Assembly (NCBI GenBank): GCA_947246685.1
Contig: CAMXSN010000006.1
Span: 3,898-67,897 of the forward strand
DNA from: an uncultured Clostridia bacterium
GTDB taxonomy: Bacteria > Bacillota > Clostridia > Christensenellales > UBA3700
Reading direction: 5' to 3'
DNA: 64,000 bases
The translations under genes and the position numbers were made by a program. The notes beneath the pieces are model-generated. The model did not search any database, was not told where the DNA came from, and saw only the letters and a list, made by a program, of their open reading frames with translations. Shown one piece after another: positions 46,148-57,095 of this stretch (the first letter of the stretch is position 1; every line of letters begins with the position of its first letter).

Positions 46148-47788
46148 TTATTTGCCTGCCTTAGCTTCTTCGGCTTTGGCTTTGGCGAGCATTGCTTCCG
46201 CCTTAGCGTACTTCTTCTCGTTGACGCCCTTATACTTGTTCATCTTATATTCCGCAACCTGAACATCCATGGAAGTCGTTCTCGGAGCGACGAGTTTGAA
46301 CACGTCTTCAAATCTGTTGAGAGCGTCGTCGATGATCTCATCCGTGTCCGCCATAGAAGTGTAGAGACGCGAACCTGCGAGAGTAACGATTCCGTTAGCC
46401 ATATATGCGGCTCCCATATGTTCCATAGCAACCTTTCTGACCATAATCATGTCTTTCTTCTTCAATACTTTGATGAGGTTGATCAAATGCTTGGAGGAGA
46501 AATCGTAGCTCATTGCGCCCGTGCATTCGAGGTGGACAATAGAACCTTGGTTGTAAGCAACGTAAGGCAAGTTGTATTTCTCGATAAGGCTTACGAGACC
46601 GTCCGTAAGTCTGTTGCCTGCCAAACCTGCTTTAACGCAAGCGTTGGTCTCCGCGATCTTCTTAATCGCCACGTATCCTGCCATCGAAGAAAGCGGATTT
46701 GCCGCGAGAGTACCTCCGCAATATGCTTTCTTAGCGCCGCCAGCAACGCCTGCCGCAAGGAGAGAAACGTATTCTTTCTTGCCGCCTACGCCGCCTGCAG
46801 CCGGATATCCGCCGGCTACGATCTTACCGAATATCGTAAGGTCGGGCTTGACGTTGAAGAAACCTTGAGCGCCGCCGAGACCTACTCTGAATCCCGTGAC
46901 AACTTCGTCGAAGATGAAGAGCGCGCCGTATGCGTGAGCAAGCTCCAACGCCTTCTGATTGTAATCGAGATCGACGGGACGCGTACCCGACTCAGGACCT
47001 ACCGGCTCTACGATTACTGCGGCAGTGCCGCCTCTTCTTCTGTTGATTTTGAGATAATCTTCGAGCATATCCAAATCATTGGGTCTAACTTCGTCGATAA
47101 CGCTGAATATATTGTTGGGAATACCGTGCGATTCGAGGAACTGTCTCGTGCCCGGCACTTTAAGTCCGTATACCATCTGATCGGACCAGCCGTGATATGC
47201 GCCGCCGATTTTTATTATTCTCTTGTTCTTGGTCTGACATCTTGCGATACGAAGAGCCGCCATAACGGATTCGGTACCCGAACCGAGCATTCTGAACATC
47301 TCGACGTTAGGCATATTCTTGTTGATCTCTTTGGCAATCAAAAGTTCCGCCTCGTGGAAAAGTCCCGTAACAGGTCCGCAATCTTTGATTAGACGGATAG
47401 CTTCATCCTGAACGTCTTTGTAATTGCTGCCGAGGATGGTCGGACCGCCCGCCTGCAAAAAGTCGATATATTTGTTGCCGTCGATATCCTCAAGATAAGC
47501 GCCTTCGGCTTTGACCATGCACATCGGGAAAGGCTTGTTGAAAGCCAAATTGTGCTGAACTCCGCCCGGAATATATTTTTTAGCTTCTGCGGTAATCTCT
47601 TTGGATTTTGCGCATTTTTTGTCATAATAATTTTCGCAGATATCTTTATAAGTGTCTACCGGCACGGAGTAGATATTTTGATCCGTGAGTTCTTTGAGAC
47701 TCTTGTTTATTTCCTGCGCGTTCGGCCAACGGGTGATACCGTAACCTTGCTCTTTCTTTTCGGGTAATTCTTTGTAAGTTACTTTCAT
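46148..47788 (-). CDS. class III aminotransferase / glutamate-1-semialdehyde aminomutase-like PLP enzyme with N- and C-terminal extensions
   Basis: 546 aa with RBS AAGGAGG. Motifs GSGTES, IFDEVVTGFR and FGKIVAGGYPAAG (PLP Lys). Lys/Ala-rich C-terminal tail. Confidence 0.8.
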   Translation of the reverse strand: MKVTYKELPEKKEQGYGITRWPNAQEINKSLKELTDQNIYSVPVDTYKDICENYYDKKCAKSKEITAEAKKYIPGGVQHNLAFNKPFPMCMVKAEGAYLEDIDGNKYIDFLQAGGPTILGSNYKDVQDEAIRLIKDCGPVTGLFHEAELLIAKEINKNMPNVEMFRMLGSGTESVMAALRIARCQTKNKRIIKIGGAYHGWSDQMVYGLKVPGTRQFLESHGIPNNIFSVIDEVRPNDLDMLEDYLKINRRRGGTAAVIVEPVGPESGTRPVDLDYNQKALELAHAYGALFIFDEVVTGFRVGLGGAQGFFNVKPDLTIFGKIVAGGYPAAGGVGGKKEYVSLLAAGVAGGAKKAYCGGTLAANPLSSMAGYVAIKKIAETNACVKAGLAGNRLTDGLVSLIEKYNLPYVAYNQGSIVHLECTGAMSYDFSSKHLINLIKVLKKKDMIMVRKVAMEHMGAAYMANGIVTLAGSRLYTSMADTDEIIDDALNRFEDVFKLVAPRTTSMDVQVAEYKMNKYKGVNEKKYAKAEAMLAKAKAEEAKAGK

Positions 47789-48054
47789 ACTTGCCTCCTT
47801 GTCAGTAAAATCCTAACAATAAAATTTTAACATACTTAATAGATTGTTGTCAATAATCATTTTTGTTATAAGCTATATAATAATATAAATTTTTTGCAAA
47901 ATATCCCGCCGTTTAATCAACATATGTCGACAAAATTGACATTATTAAACACTCCAACTTTTTTTGTGAATTAAAATAAAAATTCCGCTATTCTGTTGTG
48001 AACGAACGCACTGATATGATATAATGTATCCAGTTGAATATAGAGGAGCAAATC

Positions 48055-49359
48055 ATGAATAACCAAGAGTATCAGAACGGTCAAAAGATATACGACCTAG
48101 TCAAAGAAGTGCTCGACGTCACCGGTCCCCGACTGCCCGGCAGCGAGGAAGAACGCATAGGCGCCGAGATAATCGCCGGACAGCTGCAAAGAGAGCTGGA
48201 CGCGACTCCCGTCACGGAAAAATTCAAGACGCCGAGACATGCGTGTATCAGCGCTATACCGTGGCTTGGATGGGCAAGTTTTATATCTTTCTGTCTGCTG
48301 TATCTCAGCCCGATACTGTCGCTGATAGGTTCGGCCTTTCTACTCCTATTTGCTCTTACGCATATTTTTTATTATAGCCATTTGCTAGATCCTTTGTTCA
48401 AAAAAGACGACTCTCAGAACGTCTATGCAGTAATACCTCCCAAATCCGGCAACGCCAAATACAATATAATGCTTTCCGCCCATATGGACAGCAGCTGGTG
48501 CTGGTTGCATTCATACAACAACCCAAAAACCATGATGCTCAAAACTGGCGCGGGAGTGCTGAGCGTAATAGGACTGCTCTGCATCTCGATAGCTATCATA
48601 GCGCTTGAATCAGCAACGGGCGGCAAACTCTCTTTTATGGGCTTGAGCGACGCTTTTGCAAAGATGTCCAGCGGCATACACACGGGTATAGAAATCGCGC
48701 TGGTGGCAGTGTACTGCGTGCCCGTAATATTCTTGCCGGGATTTTGGTGGCTGACTCAATATATGACGTACGACAAGAAAAAAGCCGCTCCCGGAGCTAT
48801 GGACAATCTCAGCGGCGTAGCCACAGCCATCGCGGTTGCAAAATATTATAAAGAAAGCGACACCGAAGTTGCAAAAGACGCGCGTATTATCGTAGTGGGC
48901 ACAGGCGCCGAAGAAAGCGGATTAATAGGAGCCAACGCTTTTGTCAAAGCCCATAAGGAAGATAAAGAACTGCTCAACGAAGACACCTACGTAATCAATC
49001 TCGATTCATTCAGAGATATGGAGCATTTCAACGTAGTCAAAAAGGATACTCTGCAATTCGTACCTTTTGATAAAGAACTCACTCAACTGTCAAAACAAGC
49101 TATAGATAATTGCGGCGTAGAATCTCATATAATCGAAAACCCTGTAGGAGGCAGCGACTCCACGTCGTTTGCAAAAGCCGGTTTCAAGACGATAACAATC
49201 AACGCTCAAGATCCCAGACCTACGGATTACTATCACACGACCAACGACGGACTCGACAATCTAAATATAGACACGCTCGACAAAGGTTTCGACGTGGTAA
49301 AAGAGCTAATAAGATTGCTCGATCAAAAATATTCCGGCGATTCAAAAACGCAGAATTGA
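48055..49359 (+). CDS. membrane-embedded M28-family metallopeptidase
   Basis: ATG 48055 after AGAGGAG. Motifs LSAHMDS, GAEESGLIGA and YHTTNDGLDNL. Several TM helices are inserted. Confidence 0.75.
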   Translation: MNNQEYQNGQKIYDLVKEVLDVTGPRLPGSEEERIGAEIIAGQLQRELDATPVTEKFKTPRHACISAIPWLGWASFISFCLLYLSPILSLIGSAFLLLFALTHIFYYSHLLDPLFKKDDSQNVYAVIPPKSGNAKYNIMLSAHMDSSWCWLHSYNNPKTMMLKTGAGVLSVIGLLCISIAIIALESATGGKLSFMGLSDAFAKMSSGIHTGIEIALVAVYCVPVIFLPGFWWLTQYMTYDKKKAAPGAMDNLSGVATAIAVAKYYKESDTEVAKDARIIVVGTGAEESGLIGANAFVKAHKEDKELLNEDTYVINLDSFRDMEHFNVVKKDTLQFVPFDKELTQLSKQAIDNCGVESHIIENPVGGSDSTSFAKAGFKTITINAQDPRPTDYYHTTNDGLDNLNIDTLDKGFDVVKELIRLLDQKYSGDSKTQN

Positions 49360-49387
49360 CGCAACTTGCCATATTAATCCAATATCA

Positions 49388-49418
49388 TCCGACGGTTCGT
49401 TTAACCGTCGGATTTTTT
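49388..49418 (+). terminator. rho-independent terminator
   Basis: tccgacggtt-cgttt-aaccgtcgga hairpin followed by TTTTTT. Confidence 0.75.
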
Positions 49419-49551
49419 ATGCTGCCGTAACGGTTGACTGATATTGCTCTGTAAGTATCCCCGATTCTGCCAAAACGTCGGGTATTGACATATTGAATTT
49501 ATTTAATTATAATAAAAATTGAACTATCGCCTGAGAATTTAGGAGGATATT

Positions 49552-51090
49552 ATGAGATACAAAAAAATTGCTTTGGTGCTGAGCGCAGTAATGATTGTAT
49601 CTGCGTCGTTGCTAGGGTTTGCGGCTTGCAATAAAAAAGACACGCAAAAAGACGACAATCTGACGAGCGTTCTTGCATCGGATTACAATCCGCCGGCGAA
49701 GCCGAAAGTAAAATACGTGAAGTTGGACGACCTAAAAGGCTACACGCTGGAAAACAGAAATTCCGACGGATTTATCATAGGCAAAAAAACGTATGACAAC
49801 GGTTTGCAGAATTATATACTTTTCAACGTACCGAACGCCAAGACTTTGGTCAAATCTTCCCGCCCGATAACCAAAGCTTTCGACGGAATGTATTATATCG
49901 TGGGAGACGGTCCCGTAAAATTCTACGATAAAGACGGCCTCGTAGCTTCGGAAGAAGGAAAATATATCATATCATCGGAACATCGCAACGTAACGCTTTC
50001 CGACGGAAGGAAGATATCGGTAGTAAACGGCAAAACGCAAATTCAAGACGTTTCTCTCGATATCTTGCCGGAAAATTTGCGCCAATATCAAAAGATTGAG
50101 GACATATATATCGCATCCGACGAAGAAACTCAATTTGTATTCGATTCGTCTAAAAAACTGATGCACACCTTTTCCGTTAATTCTTTGCTTCATCCGTCCG
50201 AAATAAGCACGGTGACGGCTGCAATGCTGCCCTCTGTAAGAGTGCTATTCCAGATAACAACGCCATTGGATAAAGACGCGCAAGACTACGACTATACAGA
50301 CGAAGACTCCGTCTATTCCCTGGCGACCTATTTATACGACGTCAAATCCGATAAACTATCGCCAATCGATTACGACTCTGTGGTAGTATCGGATTACCAT
50401 CCCAACGAAATAAACTATTCGCCGTATTACGCAGTGCTGAATACGCGCAAAATCAACAAACAAAAACGTCTTAATGCCGCGAGTTTGCAGATTGTGGGAA
50501 AAGATCTTGACCAAACAGTCGATCTCGACGACTATATGCGCGATTGCCATACGATACGAATACTTGACCGCGGAGAAGTACTCGTTGCCAACGAATCAAT
50601 GACGGCGATATATAAAGGTAAAAATAAGATAGCCTCGTATATCAACAATCCTCAATTCGAATACGCCAACAGCAATCTCATTACCGACGGAATAAACTAT
50701 TTCGATATCTACGGCGAAAAGGTCTTCACACTTTCCGGCAAAAACTGCGCGAGATTCTTCCCGACAGCCACGACGGACGGACTGGTATATTTTTCGCGCG
50801 AAATTTCGGACGAAGAAAATACGCCGAAAATCGAATATTGCGTATACGATACCAAATCCAAGCAACAAAAGTCGCTGGGCAACGTCATAACGGTTTTCGA
50901 CAATACGTCCTACAAAATACGAAATACGCAAAGCAATACGGTAAGTCTATACCACAGTTACGACGGCAGCCCGATATTCGTCGACAAGGATTATTCAAAC
51001 ATCAATTCTTACGTAATAGGAAAATACACGTATATCTCCGCAAGAACGCCCGACAGCGGTTACGACTATTACGTGTATTATCTAGATTAA
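49552..51090 (+). CDS. hypothetical lipoprotein (512 aa)
   Basis: RBS AGGAGG. Signal peptide with lipobox LLGFAAC. No catalytic motifs. Confidence 0.6.
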   Translation: MRYKKIALVLSAVMIVSASLLGFAACNKKDTQKDDNLTSVLASDYNPPAKPKVKYVKLDDLKGYTLENRNSDGFIIGKKTYDNGLQNYILFNVPNAKTLVKSSRPITKAFDGMYYIVGDGPVKFYDKDGLVASEEGKYIISSEHRNVTLSDGRKISVVNGKTQIQDVSLDILPENLRQYQKIEDIYIASDEETQFVFDSSKKLMHTFSVNSLLHPSEISTVTAAMLPSVRVLFQITTPLDKDAQDYDYTDEDSVYSLATYLYDVKSDKLSPIDYDSVVVSDYHPNEINYSPYYAVLNTRKINKQKRLNAASLQIVGKDLDQTVDLDDYMRDCHTIRILDRGEVLVANESMTAIYKGKNKIASYINNPQFEYANSNLITDGINYFDIYGEKVFTLSGKNCARFFPTATTDGLVYFSREISDEENTPKIEYCVYDTKSKQQKSLGNVITVFDNTSYKIRNTQSNTVSLYHSYDGSPIFVDKDYSNINSYVIGKYTYISARTPDSGYDYYVYYLD

Positions 51091-51141
51091 AAATCAATCG
51101 CGATACAAATGCGATAAAGAGCGTATACGACGCATAAAAAT

Positions 51142-51164
51142 TACCCGCCGCTAAGCGACGGGTA
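51142..51164. terminator. bidirectional terminator between the lipoprotein gene and gap
   Basis: tacccgccgc-taa-gcgacgggta hairpin (one G-U on the minus strand), flanked by A-run and T-run. Confidence 0.55.
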
Positions 51165-51184
51165 TCTTAATTTAGCTATCGAAA

Positions 51185-52198
51185 TTACTTCAATTCAGCA
51201 AAGTACTTGATCGTTCTTACCATCTGGCTGGTGTAAGAATTCTCGTTGTCATACCAAGATACGACCTGAACCTGAGTGCTGTCGCCCATCGGTATAACCA
51301 TCGTCTGAGTAGCGTCAAACAACGAGCCGTAGGTGATGCCGATAACGTCGCTGGAAACAAGCTCTTCTTCCGTATATCCGAAAGATTCGGTGGAAGCTGC
51401 CTTCATAGCCGCGTTGATCTGCTCTTTGGTTACGTTGCCTTCAACAACCGCTACAAGAATCGTCGTGGAACCCGTGGGGGTAGGAACTCTTTGAGCGGAA
51501 CCGATAAGCTTGCCGTTGAGTTCGGGAATAACAAGTCCGATAGCCTTTGCAGCGCCGGTGCTGTTGGGAACGATGTTGCAAGCAGCCGCGCGGCTTCTTC
51601 TCAAATCGCCCTTTCTCTGCGGACCGTCAAGAGTCATCTGATCGCCGGTGTAAGCGTGAACAGTGGTCATGATACCGGATTTGATGGGAGCAAGGTCGTT
51701 GAGAGCCTTAGCCATCGGAGCCAAGCAGTTTGTCGTGCAGGAAGCTGCGGAAATAACCGTGTCGCTTGCCTTCAAAGTTTTGTGGTTGACGTTGTAAACG
51801 ACGGTGGGAAGGTCGCTGCCTGCCGGAGCGGAAATAACGACTTTCTTAGCGCCCGCCTGAATATGAGCCTCAGCCTTAGCCTTGGAAGTATAGAAGCCCG
51901 TGCATTCGAGTACTACGTCTACGTCGAGCTGTCCCCAAGGAAGTTCTGCTGCGTTAGCCATTGCATAAATCTTGATTTTCTTGCCGTTGACAGAAATGAA
52001 ATCCTCGCCTGCCTCTACGCCGTCAGCATACTTGTAACGTCCCTGAGCGGAATCGTATTTCAAAAGGTGAGCAAGCATTTTCGGGCTCGTCAAATCGTTG
52101 ATTGCCACTACGTCATAGCCCTTAGCGTCAAACATCTGTCTGAAAGCCAAACGGCCGATACGGCCAAAACCGTTGATTGCAACTTTTACATTTGCCAT
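51185..52198 (-). CDS. gap: glyceraldehyde-3-phosphate dehydrogenase
   Basis: [16 protein letters not shown] and the catalytic SCTTNCLAP motif. The track start (TTG 52216) lies in the RBS region. Confidence 0.9.
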   Translation of the reverse strand: MANVKVAINGFGRIGRLAFRQMFDAKGYDVVAINDLTSPKMLAHLLKYDSAQGRYKYADGVEAGEDFISVNGKKIKIYAMANAAELPWGQLDVDVVLECTGFYTSKAKAEAHIQAGAKKVVISAPAGSDLPTVVYNVNHKTLKASDTVISAASCTTNCLAPMAKALNDLAPIKSGIMTTVHAYTGDQMTLDGPQRKGDLRRSRAAACNIVPNSTGAAKAIGLVIPELNGKLIGSAQRVPTPTGSTTILVAVVEGNVTKEQINAAMKAASTESFGYTEEELVSSDVIGITYGSLFDATQTMVIPMGDSTQVQVVSWYDNENSYTSQMVRTIKYFAELK

Positions 52199-52375
52199 AA
52201 TATATTGGTCCTCCAAAATTAAATATCGAAAATAATGCGTATTCGCACATATATTATTCTACCAATAATTGCTATTATTGGCAAGCAATTTTTATAAAAT
52301 TCCTATGAGGAACAGCCTTTTGACGCATTAATTGACAATAAAAGGCATTTTATCTAACGAGTTAATTGAGATAAA

Positions 52376-52406
52376 TTAAAAATATCCTCTGTTTCCAGAG
52401 GATATT
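52376..52406 (-). terminator. rho-independent terminator
   Basis: aatatcctctg-tttc-cagaggatatt hairpin, followed on the minus strand by TTTTTAATTT. Confidence 0.65.
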
Positions 52407-52481
52407 TTGCATACATTGCCCTGTCCGCCGCTTATCGGCAGATAGTTGCTTTGATCGACCGTATTGATATAGGATAGGAAA

Positions 52482-53183
52482 TTATTGGAATTCCTCTTCC
52501 CAACCGCTTTCGTCTCCCCAAGGAGAATCAAATTCGCCGCCGTTATTCTCATTGCCGTTATGATCGCCCGAACCCACGGTGCTGTTGGGGAATTTATCGC
52601 GATCTACGCCGCCGAACAACTCCGCAAATTGAGCTCTTGCGGCTTCTGCAGTCTCAGCGTCGAGAGTGCCTTGACTCTCCAATGACGATATGACCTGTTC
52701 CGCAATCACGTAAAGCGCTTCGTTGACCGTCTCCGCTCCGGTCTGAGCTTTGACTTGGTTCATAAACGACACAAACGTAATGCCGAAAATCAAACCGAAT
52801 ACAAGAGTGATGATAAGTAAGACTATGACGTACGCTCTGATAAACGCCGTTCTGCTCTTGTTGCCTACGCCGAAAAACCAGCATATTCCGCATATAAAAT
52901 TCACCATAGGAATCGCGAGCAAAATAAACGTAGCTATCCATCCGCCTATGCTCATAGGATAGTTTCTCAGATCCATCTCATCGAACTTAGCGCTCTTCTT
53001 TGCTAACTTCTTTTCTCTATTGCTCATATATTTTCTGTCGGGCAGGGTAACTCTTTCAAATTGAGTCTCTTGAAGAGACTCTTCCCCGTCCGCCTCCTTT
53101 ACTTGTAAATCGTTCCCGACTCTATCGTTTTCGGTGTCGGGTTTTCCTTTGCTTTTTTTCAATTTTTTGTCCCGATTAAGCAA
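52482..53183 (-). CDS. hypothetical membrane protein
   Basis: Three hydrophobic helices in the centre and an acidic C-terminus. Start uncertain: TTG at 53183 or ATG at 53027, neither with a clear SD. Confidence 0.45.
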   Translation of the reverse strand: MLNRDKKLKKSKGKPDTENDRVGNDLQVKEADGEESLQETQFERVTLPDRKYMSNREKKLAKKSAKFDEMDLRNYPMSIGGWIATFILLAIPMVNFICGICWFFGVGNKSRTAFIRAYVIVLLIITLVFGLIFGITFVSFMNQVKAQTGAETVNEALYVIAEQVISSLESQGTLDAETAEAARAQFAELFGGVDRDKFPNSTVGSGDHNGNENNGGEFDSPWGDESGWEEEFQ

Positions 53184-53304
53184 TATTTGTAGATATATAG
53201 GAGGAAATCATATCAAAATTTCGCCGTTGAATAACGAAAACGACACAACGTTTCCCTCCACAATCTATGTTTATGATACTACAATTGATTATATTTGTCA
53301 ATAT

Positions 53305-54423
53305 TTATTTAAGATTTTCGGGATTGAGACACTTTAGTTCTTCCGTCACGAAAATTCCGTCTTTTCTTATCAAAACGTCGTCAAAATATATTTCTCCGCC
53401 GCCCATCTCTTTTGTCTGGATCAACACCAGATCCCAATGTATCGCGGAATTGTTGCCGTTGAAAGCGTCGTCGTAGCAAGCCCCCGGCGTGAAGTGTATT
53501 GATCCGCTGATCTTCTCGTCGAAGAGTATGTCGCCCATAGCGCGCGTGATATAAGGATTGACTCCGAGCGCAAATTCTCCCACGTATCTCGCGCCGTCGT
53601 CGGTGTCGAAAATCTTGTTGATCTGCTCGCTCTTGTCAGAACCTGCTTTGACTATTCTGCCGTCCTTGAATTCAAGCCGTATGTTGTCAAATTTGACGCC
53701 GTTGCTCACGGAAGGAACGTTGTAGCTTATAACTCCGTTGACGCTGTTTTTTACCGGCGCGGTATAGACTTCTCCGTCGGGAATATTTCTTCTGCCGGCG
53801 CACTTAACGCCCCCTATACCCTTGATCGAAAAAGTCAAATCGGTGCCGTTGCCTACGATACGCACCCTATCCGTTCTGTTGATAAGCTCTACGAGCGGAG
53901 TCATCGCGCGTTCCATTTTGGAATAGTCGAGATTGCATACGTTGAAATAGAGATCCTCAAATTCTTCGGTGCTCATAGCGGACATTTGGCTCATGCCCTG
54001 AGTAGGATATCTCAGCACGCACCATTTGGTATTTGCCACTCTCCTCTCGTGATGAACCGGATGCGAATAATGCACGTTGTATGCGGCTCGGAAGTCGGCG
54101 GGAACATCGCTGAGCTCGTATGCGTTTTCGCCGCCTCTGATACCAAGATACGCGTGCATTTTGTCCATTCTGTAACATCCGAAATCGCTCATGCGTTGGG
54201 CAAGCTCTTTATCCATACCCATGAGCAGCTGTCTTTGCACTCTGTTGTCGTACAGTTCGACAAACGGATAAGCCCCTGCTTTCTGCACTTCTTTTATTAC
54301 GGCGTTGACCAATTGATAATCCACGCCCGTCGCCTCTATAAGTATATTCTCGCCCTTCTTCAACTCGCATGAAAAGTTGACGAGGTTTTTTGCCAAAGTA
54401 TTGATTCTGCCGTCTACCAACAT
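53305..54423 (-). CDS. M29-family aminopeptidase (AmpS/PepS-like)
   Basis: 372 aa with RBS GGGAGAA. The N-terminus LAKNLVNFSCELKKGENILIEA and the overall pattern are typical of M29 aminopeptidases. Confidence 0.75.
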   Translation of the reverse strand: MLVDGRINTLAKNLVNFSCELKKGENILIEATGVDYQLVNAVIKEVQKAGAYPFVELYDNRVQRQLLMGMDKELAQRMSDFGCYRMDKMHAYLGIRGGENAYELSDVPADFRAAYNVHYSHPVHHERRVANTKWCVLRYPTQGMSQMSAMSTEEFEDLYFNVCNLDYSKMERAMTPLVELINRTDRVRIVGNGTDLTFSIKGIGGVKCAGRRNIPDGEVYTAPVKNSVNGVISYNVPSVSNGVKFDNIRLEFKDGRIVKAGSDKSEQINKIFDTDDGARYVGEFALGVNPYITRAMGDILFDEKISGSIHFTPGACYDDAFNGNNSAIHWDLVLIQTKEMGGGEIYFDDVLIRKDGIFVTEELKCLNPENLK

Positions 54424-54654
54424 ATCGTTCTCCCTTTGAAACCGACGCGTAAGCGCCGCCGTTATTAATTGACTTTAACGGTTATTAACCGCAACCGACT
54501 GATTTATACCCATTATATCCCTTATATGCTTATTTGTAAACGATAATGCCTATCAAACTCAAAAACCTGCGGCTGTTAATTTATTCCAAAATCCTTGTAA
54601 TTTGAGTATCTATGTGATAAAATCTATATGATAATAAAATTTGGAGGTAATTTT

Positions 54655-55608
54655 ATGCCACTTGTAACATCAAGAGAAATGTTTAAGAAAGCATACGCAG
54701 GCAAGTACGCTATCGGCGCTTTCAATGTAAACAATATGGAAATCATTCAAGGTATCGTGGAGGCGGCAACGGAAGAAAACGCTCCGCTCATCCTGCAAGT
54801 ATCTTCCGGAGCAAGAAAGTACGCAAACCCGACTTATCTTCGCAAAATGGTTGAAGCTGCGGAAGAAGTAAGCCACTTGCCTATATGTCTGCACCTTGAC
54901 CACGGCGACACGTTTGAACTTTGCAAGAGCTGCATCGACGGAGGATTCAATTCCGTAATGATCGACGGAAGCCATCATTCTTTCAAAGATAATATCGAAC
55001 TTACCAAGAAAGTCGTAGAATACGCTCACGACCACGGCGTGACCGTTGAAGGCGAACTCGGACGTCTCGCAGGCGTTGAAGACGACGTAAAAGTATCTGC
55101 GGAAGACAGCTCCTATACCCGTCCCGAAGAAGTTGAAGAATTCGTCACAAAGACAGGCGTTGATTCGCTTGCAATAGCAATCGGCACTTCTCACGGCGCA
55201 TTCAAATTCAAGCCCGGCACCAAGCCGCAACTTAGATTCGATATTCTCGAAGAAGTCAGCAGAAGACTTCCCGAATTCCCGATAGTATTGCACGGCGCTT
55301 CTTCCGTTCCGCAGGAATTCGTCAAGATAGTCAACGCAAACGGCGGCAAACTCAACGACGCTATCGGCGTACCCGAGGAAATGCTCCGTCAGGCGGCATC
55401 TATGGCTGTATGTAAGATTAATATCGATTCCGATTTGAGAATGGCTTGCACCGCAGGTATTCGTAAGCACTTCGTAGAGCATCCCGATCATTTCGATCCC
55501 AGACAGTATCTCGGAGACGCAAGAGCAAATATCAAAGCCATCGTCAAGCACAAGCTTGTCAACGTACTCGGTTGCGCCGGCAAAGCAGACGAAATACTCG
55601 GAAGATAA
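54655..55608 (+). CDS. fba: class II fructose-1,6-bisphosphate aldolase
   Basis: ATG 54655, 7 nt after GGAGG. Motifs YAIGAFNVNNME, LHLDHG and IGTSHGAFKF. Confidence 0.9.
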   Translation: MPLVTSREMFKKAYAGKYAIGAFNVNNMEIIQGIVEAATEENAPLILQVSSGARKYANPTYLRKMVEAAEEVSHLPICLHLDHGDTFELCKSCIDGGFNSVMIDGSHHSFKDNIELTKKVVEYAHDHGVTVEGELGRLAGVEDDVKVSAEDSSYTRPEEVEEFVTKTGVDSLAIAIGTSHGAFKFKPGTKPQLRFDILEEVSRRLPEFPIVLHGASSVPQEFVKIVNANGGKLNDAIGVPEEMLRQAASMAVCKINIDSDLRMACTAGIRKHFVEHPDHFDPRQYLGDARANIKAIVKHKLVNVLGCAGKADEILGR

Positions 55609-55624
55609 TCATATAAAAAACAAG

Positions 55625-55657
55625 CGAGACAGGCTTAACGCCCGTCTCGTTTTTTTA
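55625..55657 (+). terminator. rho-independent terminator after fba
   Basis: cgagac...gtctcg hairpin followed by TTTTTTT. Confidence 0.65.
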
Positions 55658-55673
55658 TGCAAATTTTTAGCAA

Positions 55674-57092
55674 TCAAATACGTCTCGGAGAAAAAATCCT
55701 TACCTTATAATTATTTGCGACCAAAGCTCCTATCTCCGACTTGTTCAACACGCCCAGTCCGACAAACTGACCGAGAGCATTTCCCAGCGCGCTTGCTTCC
55801 GTAGGACCTGCAGACACCGTAATCCCCAAACCGTCGGCAATCAACTGATTGAGATAATCGTTATCGGAGCCTCCGCCGATTACGTAAATTTTGCCGTATT
55901 GTCTGCCGGTAAGTTTTTTGAGACCGTCATACGCCTGCGCATATGCCTTAACAAGCGAATCGTACACGCATTTTGCCACGTCGCCTACGCCGCGCAGCTT
56001 TATACCTTGATTTTTCCACACGTAATCGGCGACCGCGTCAGCCATATCGCACGGAAAAGAAAAGGCTCGGTCGTCGACGTCTATATACGCTCCTTTTACT
56101 TGAGACTGTCTAGCCAATCCGACGATTTGAGCATAATCCAAATCCATCCCCTGTCCTTTCCACTGACGGCGGCACTCCTGAATGATCCACATACCCATTA
56201 TGTTACGCAGAAATCTCACCTTGCCGTCGAAAGCAAGTTCGTTAGTATAGCGTCCTTCAAACGCCTCCGGACTTATCTGAGCGCGCTCTTCTATCGCGCC
56301 GAAAAGCGACCACGTACCGCTGCTGAGAAACATCGGATATTCCTCGCTTGTAGGGATGCCCAACACGGCGCAAGCCGTATCGTGACCCGCCGTAGCTATA
56401 ACCGGCAAATCATAATCTATCTCTGCCGCTAATTTTACTTTATCGCTTAAATTCCCTATTATTGCGCCCGTGTCGACGCTGTCGGGAAATATTTCTAGCG
56501 GAATACCCGCCCAATTACAAAACTGCTCGCTGAAACCTTCATCCTTGGTATAAAAGCCGCTTGTAGAGGAAATCGTAGGCTCGCTTACAGCCACTCCGGT
56601 AAGCATATACGCCAGCAACTGAGGCATAAACAGCAAGTGACGTGCGTTTGCAAAATCTTCGCCCTCTTGTATTCTGGCAACGACCTGATACGACGTGTTG
56701 AAATCATTGTCGCTAACACCTGCTAAGGCGAACAATTCAAAGGCTTTGTCTTGAAGAGAAATCCTTGCCGCGGAATTGGCTTTATCGCGGTAATGACGGG
56801 GATCGCCTATAGGATTGCCGTCTCGACCGATCAATCCGAAATCAACACCCCACGTGTCTATGCCTACGGAATCCAATCTGCCGCACTTCTTATCTGCAAT
56901 CCCTATAGCTTTGACGATTTCGTCAAAAAGCATCTGCAAATCCCAATAAAGTCTGCCGTCTTTTTCAACGGCGCCGTTGGCAAACCGATGAACTTCCGTC
57001 TGCCTGATATCCTTGCCGTCGATTTCAAAAACTATACCTCTGCCCGAACTCGCGCCGAGATCTATGGCAAGCGTTCTTGCAAACTTTCCCAT
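55674..57092 (-). CDS. RhaB-family FGGY kinase (rhamnulokinase/L-fuculokinase-like)
   Basis: Motifs LAIDLGASSGRGIV, GIDTWGVDFGL, SSGTWSL, LRNIMGMW and VIGGGSDNDYLNQL parallel E. coli RhaB. The context is a fucose cluster. Confidence 0.8.
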   Translation of the reverse strand: MGKFARTLAIDLGASSGRGIVFEIDGKDIRQTEVHRFANGAVEKDGRLYWDLQMLFDEIVKAIGIADKKCGRLDSVGIDTWGVDFGLIGRDGNPIGDPRHYRDKANSAARISLQDKAFELFALAGVSDNDFNTSYQVVARIQEGEDFANARHLLFMPQLLAYMLTGVAVSEPTISSTSGFYTKDEGFSEQFCNWAGIPLEIFPDSVDTGAIIGNLSDKVKLAAEIDYDLPVIATAGHDTACAVLGIPTSEEYPMFLSSGTWSLFGAIEERAQISPEAFEGRYTNELAFDGKVRFLRNIMGMWIIQECRRQWKGQGMDLDYAQIVGLARQSQVKGAYIDVDDRAFSFPCDMADAVADYVWKNQGIKLRGVGDVAKCVYDSLVKAYAQAYDGLKKLTGRQYGKIYVIGGGSDNDYLNQLIADGLGITVSAGPTEASALGNALGQFVGLGVLNKSEIGALVANNYKVRIFSPRRI

Positions 57093-57095
57093 ACG

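Noticed and set aside
44809-47392. 264-aa and 324-aa plus-strand ORFs (44809-45603, 46418-47392)
   Set aside because: They are antisense to the FGGY kinase and the PLP aminotransferase respectively. Both real genes have strong family motifs on the minus strand.
54670-55551. 293-aa minus-strand ORF
   Set aside because: It is antisense to class II fructose-bisphosphate aldolase (LHLDHG, IGTSHGAFKF on the plus strand).
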